Source of the DNA: Octopus bimaculoides
Taxonomy: Eukaryota
Assembly (NCBI RefSeq): GCF_001194135.2
Contig: NC_068982.1
Coordinates: 109,218,559 to 109,269,331 of the forward strand
Reading direction: 5' to 3'
DNA: 50,773 nucleotides
The notes under the pieces are model-generated. The model was not told the origin of the DNA. It saw only the letters and a list, made by a program, of their open reading frames with translations, and searched no databases. Of the stretch, positions 48,525-50,773 are shown piece after piece. Within the stretch, counting starts at the first letter, position 1, and each line of letters begins with the position of its first letter. The translations under genes were made by a program, and so were the position numbers.

Positions 48525-48828
48525 AATACTAATAACAATTATTAATAACAATAATAATAATTGTTTCGTAAACAAAACTAGTCAGAGGAACGGACATGCT
48601 TTGATTGTATTAGATTTCTTAAGAGAAGTATATTCATTTGCAGTGTCACATATGTAATATCCTGTGTTGAAAAACATCAATCAACAGAGTTATCAACGCA
48701 ATTTAAATACAAGGAAATACCTTCAGAGGTATCCATGTATAAAAATAGCAAGCATGAGCGATATCTCCTACAATTACAGCTAGACCATATTTTTTGAATA
48801 TTAAGAAAATAGATTTCAGAGAGTGGTA

Positions 48829-48859
<31 letters not shown>

Positions 48860-49320
48860 CATACATACATACATACAAACATACATATATACACATTTCC
48901 ATATATATAGATATACATGTGTGTGCATGTGAGAGTGACGATGTGGGAGAAGTTTTCATCTCTGCATGAGTTGGTAAATAATTTCCTTTCATAGAATTCA
49001 TTGATTTGGTGTGGATATATTAGCAGTTATTTAACCAGAATTGAATAATAGACGAGTATCTACAAACCAAGTGAAACAACAGGAGAAACAGTAATATGAT
49101 TACTCACATTTACATACATATATTTATTGTCTCACTTATTATCGGTTCATGATTTTTGATATCCTGCATTATCTGTAATCTCACGAAGTCTTATGCTGTC
49201 CCTCGCAGCACTTAGATGGAAGGGTTGTCATCCATTACGTAAACTAGATTGAATATTTATGAATATTTTAGCCCGAAACCTATGGTAATGAACTACTTAT
49301 TTCTATTGTATACACATACA

Positions 49321-49356
<36 letters not shown>

Positions 49357-49372
49357 TATATATATGCACACA

Positions 49373-50350
49373 CACTGAATCGCAAAAGAAACGTGAGACG
49401 TGTGTGACTGAAATATGTTTTAATTTCATTGTCAGAAATACATTTTGATAAATCTGATAAAGTCAATTTCTTGGATGCACTTTGACCACAGTCTATGGGT
49501 CGTTGTCATGTTCTGGTTGTGAGCGGATTCAGCACATCGAGATTGTAGAGCGTGACATGTTTAATACCGTGTATGCCCTCCCTAGGTGTTCAAAATGGTT
49601 ATACACCGTCGGTACATGGAGTGCATGAGGCTGTTCACAAAAGCCATTGAAACTTGTGCCTACATCTTGAGGAAAGCTGTCTCCAGTTCCACACGAGTTG
49701 TCGGCCTTGGGACCATCTGTTTCATCCGTCTCTGGATTTCATCCCACAAGTTTTCAATTGGCTTCAAATCAGGACTGGGAGCCGACCACGGCATGGTTCT
49801 GATGTTGTGCTGACGCAGGAAGTTCATGGTGACCCTGGTCGTTTGGAAGAGAGCATTATCTTGCTGGAATACGTGGCTATGGTGACGCGCGAAAAAGGGC
49901 ACGATATGAGGTCTTAGGATCTGGTCAACNNNNNNNNNNNNNNNNNNNNNNNNNNNNNNNNNNNNNNNNNNNNNNNNNNNNNNNNNNNNNNNNNNNNNNN
50001 NNNNNNNNNNNNNNNNNNNNNNNNNNNNNNNNNNNNNNNNNNNNNNNNNNNNNNNNNNNNNNNNNNNNNNNNNNNNNNNNNNNNNNNNNNNNNNNNNNNN
50101 NNNNNNNNNNNNNNNNNNNNNNNNNNNNNNNNNNNNNNNNNNNNNNNNNNNNNNNNNNNNNNNNNNNNNNNNNNNNNNNNNNNNNNNNNNNNNNNNNNNN
50201 NNNNNNNNNNNNNNNNNNNNNNNNNNNNNNNNNNNNNNNNNNNNNNNNNNNNNNNNTGTCACTGATGGGTCGTTGTTCAGTTCCAATTGTTTCACTAGCT
50301 GTCACGCTGGTCGGTCTGAAGCAATCACGGAAGTGTTGCAGGTGGATGAG
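49373..50350 (-). mobile_element. Tc1-family (DD34E) transposon, 3' portion with one terminal repeat; middle in an assembly gap
   Basis: FQQDNA...PWSAPSPDLKPIENLWDE (34 residues between D and E), ending GGHTRY* at 49561; upstream piece LQHFRDCFRPTSVTASET; probable terminus CACTGAATCGCAAAAGAAACG. Confidence 0.88.
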
Positions 50351-50373
50351 TGTGGGTGTGTGTGTGTGTGCGT

Positions 50374-50414
<41 letters not shown>

Positions 50415-50415
50415 C

Positions 50416-50447
<32 letters not shown>

Positions 50448-50773
50448 GCGTGTGAATGTGCGTGAGTGTGCATGTCTCTGTGTGTTTGCATATGTGTAGT
50501 CTTCTGGGATGCTCTTGGAGAATCGGATTTACTTCTCAAGATTTGATTTTTCGAATTCATATTCCTCTTAGTCAGATGTGGCAAACTATATATTTAATTA
50601 CAAACATTCCACACTTTCAAAATCTCACTTTTCACGTATTGCTGTATACAGTAGATAACAAGAGGTCACAATATCTGTCTTTAAAACAGTCATATATAGA
50701 CACTTTCACTCCTGTATGCTCATGCAGACGCATATAGGTACGTACGCGTGTGCAATATATATATATATATATA

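Overview
Eukaryotic, AT-rich, microsatellite-dense draft-assembly DNA with eight N gaps (11601-12493, 18882-19676, 25134-25337, 36697-36833, 38330-38395, 39715-39867, 43627-44154, 49930-50256). The SINE families and repeat texture match what I recall of Octopus genomes; this is inference, not a database result. No intact host protein-coding gene, rRNA, tRNA or CRISPR array is supportable, and most long ORFs in the track are microsatellite or gap artefacts. The window reads as an intronic or intergenic transposon graveyard. It holds many R4/Dong-clade (RT plus restriction-like endonuclease) LINE fragments, a HERO/NeSL-like fragment, CR1/Jockey-like RT remnants, Penelope-like (GIY-YIG) fragments, two Tc1 transposase relics, a Tigger/pogo relic, a piggyBac relic, a non-autonomous Helitron, a hAT-like MITE and several tRNA-derived SINEs. 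Most interesting: (1) a variant-core minimal hammerhead-ribozyme-like motif in two copies of a Penelope-like terminus; (2) an R4-like LINE lineage whose copies repeatedly abut (CATA)n, next to a second lineage sitting in (TAA)n; (3) a ~500 bp fold-back element with ungapped, transition-biased arms; (4) an unclassified ~650 bp repeat with a highly conserved pseudoknot-capable core; (5) one plausible 126-nt coding exon on the minus strand.
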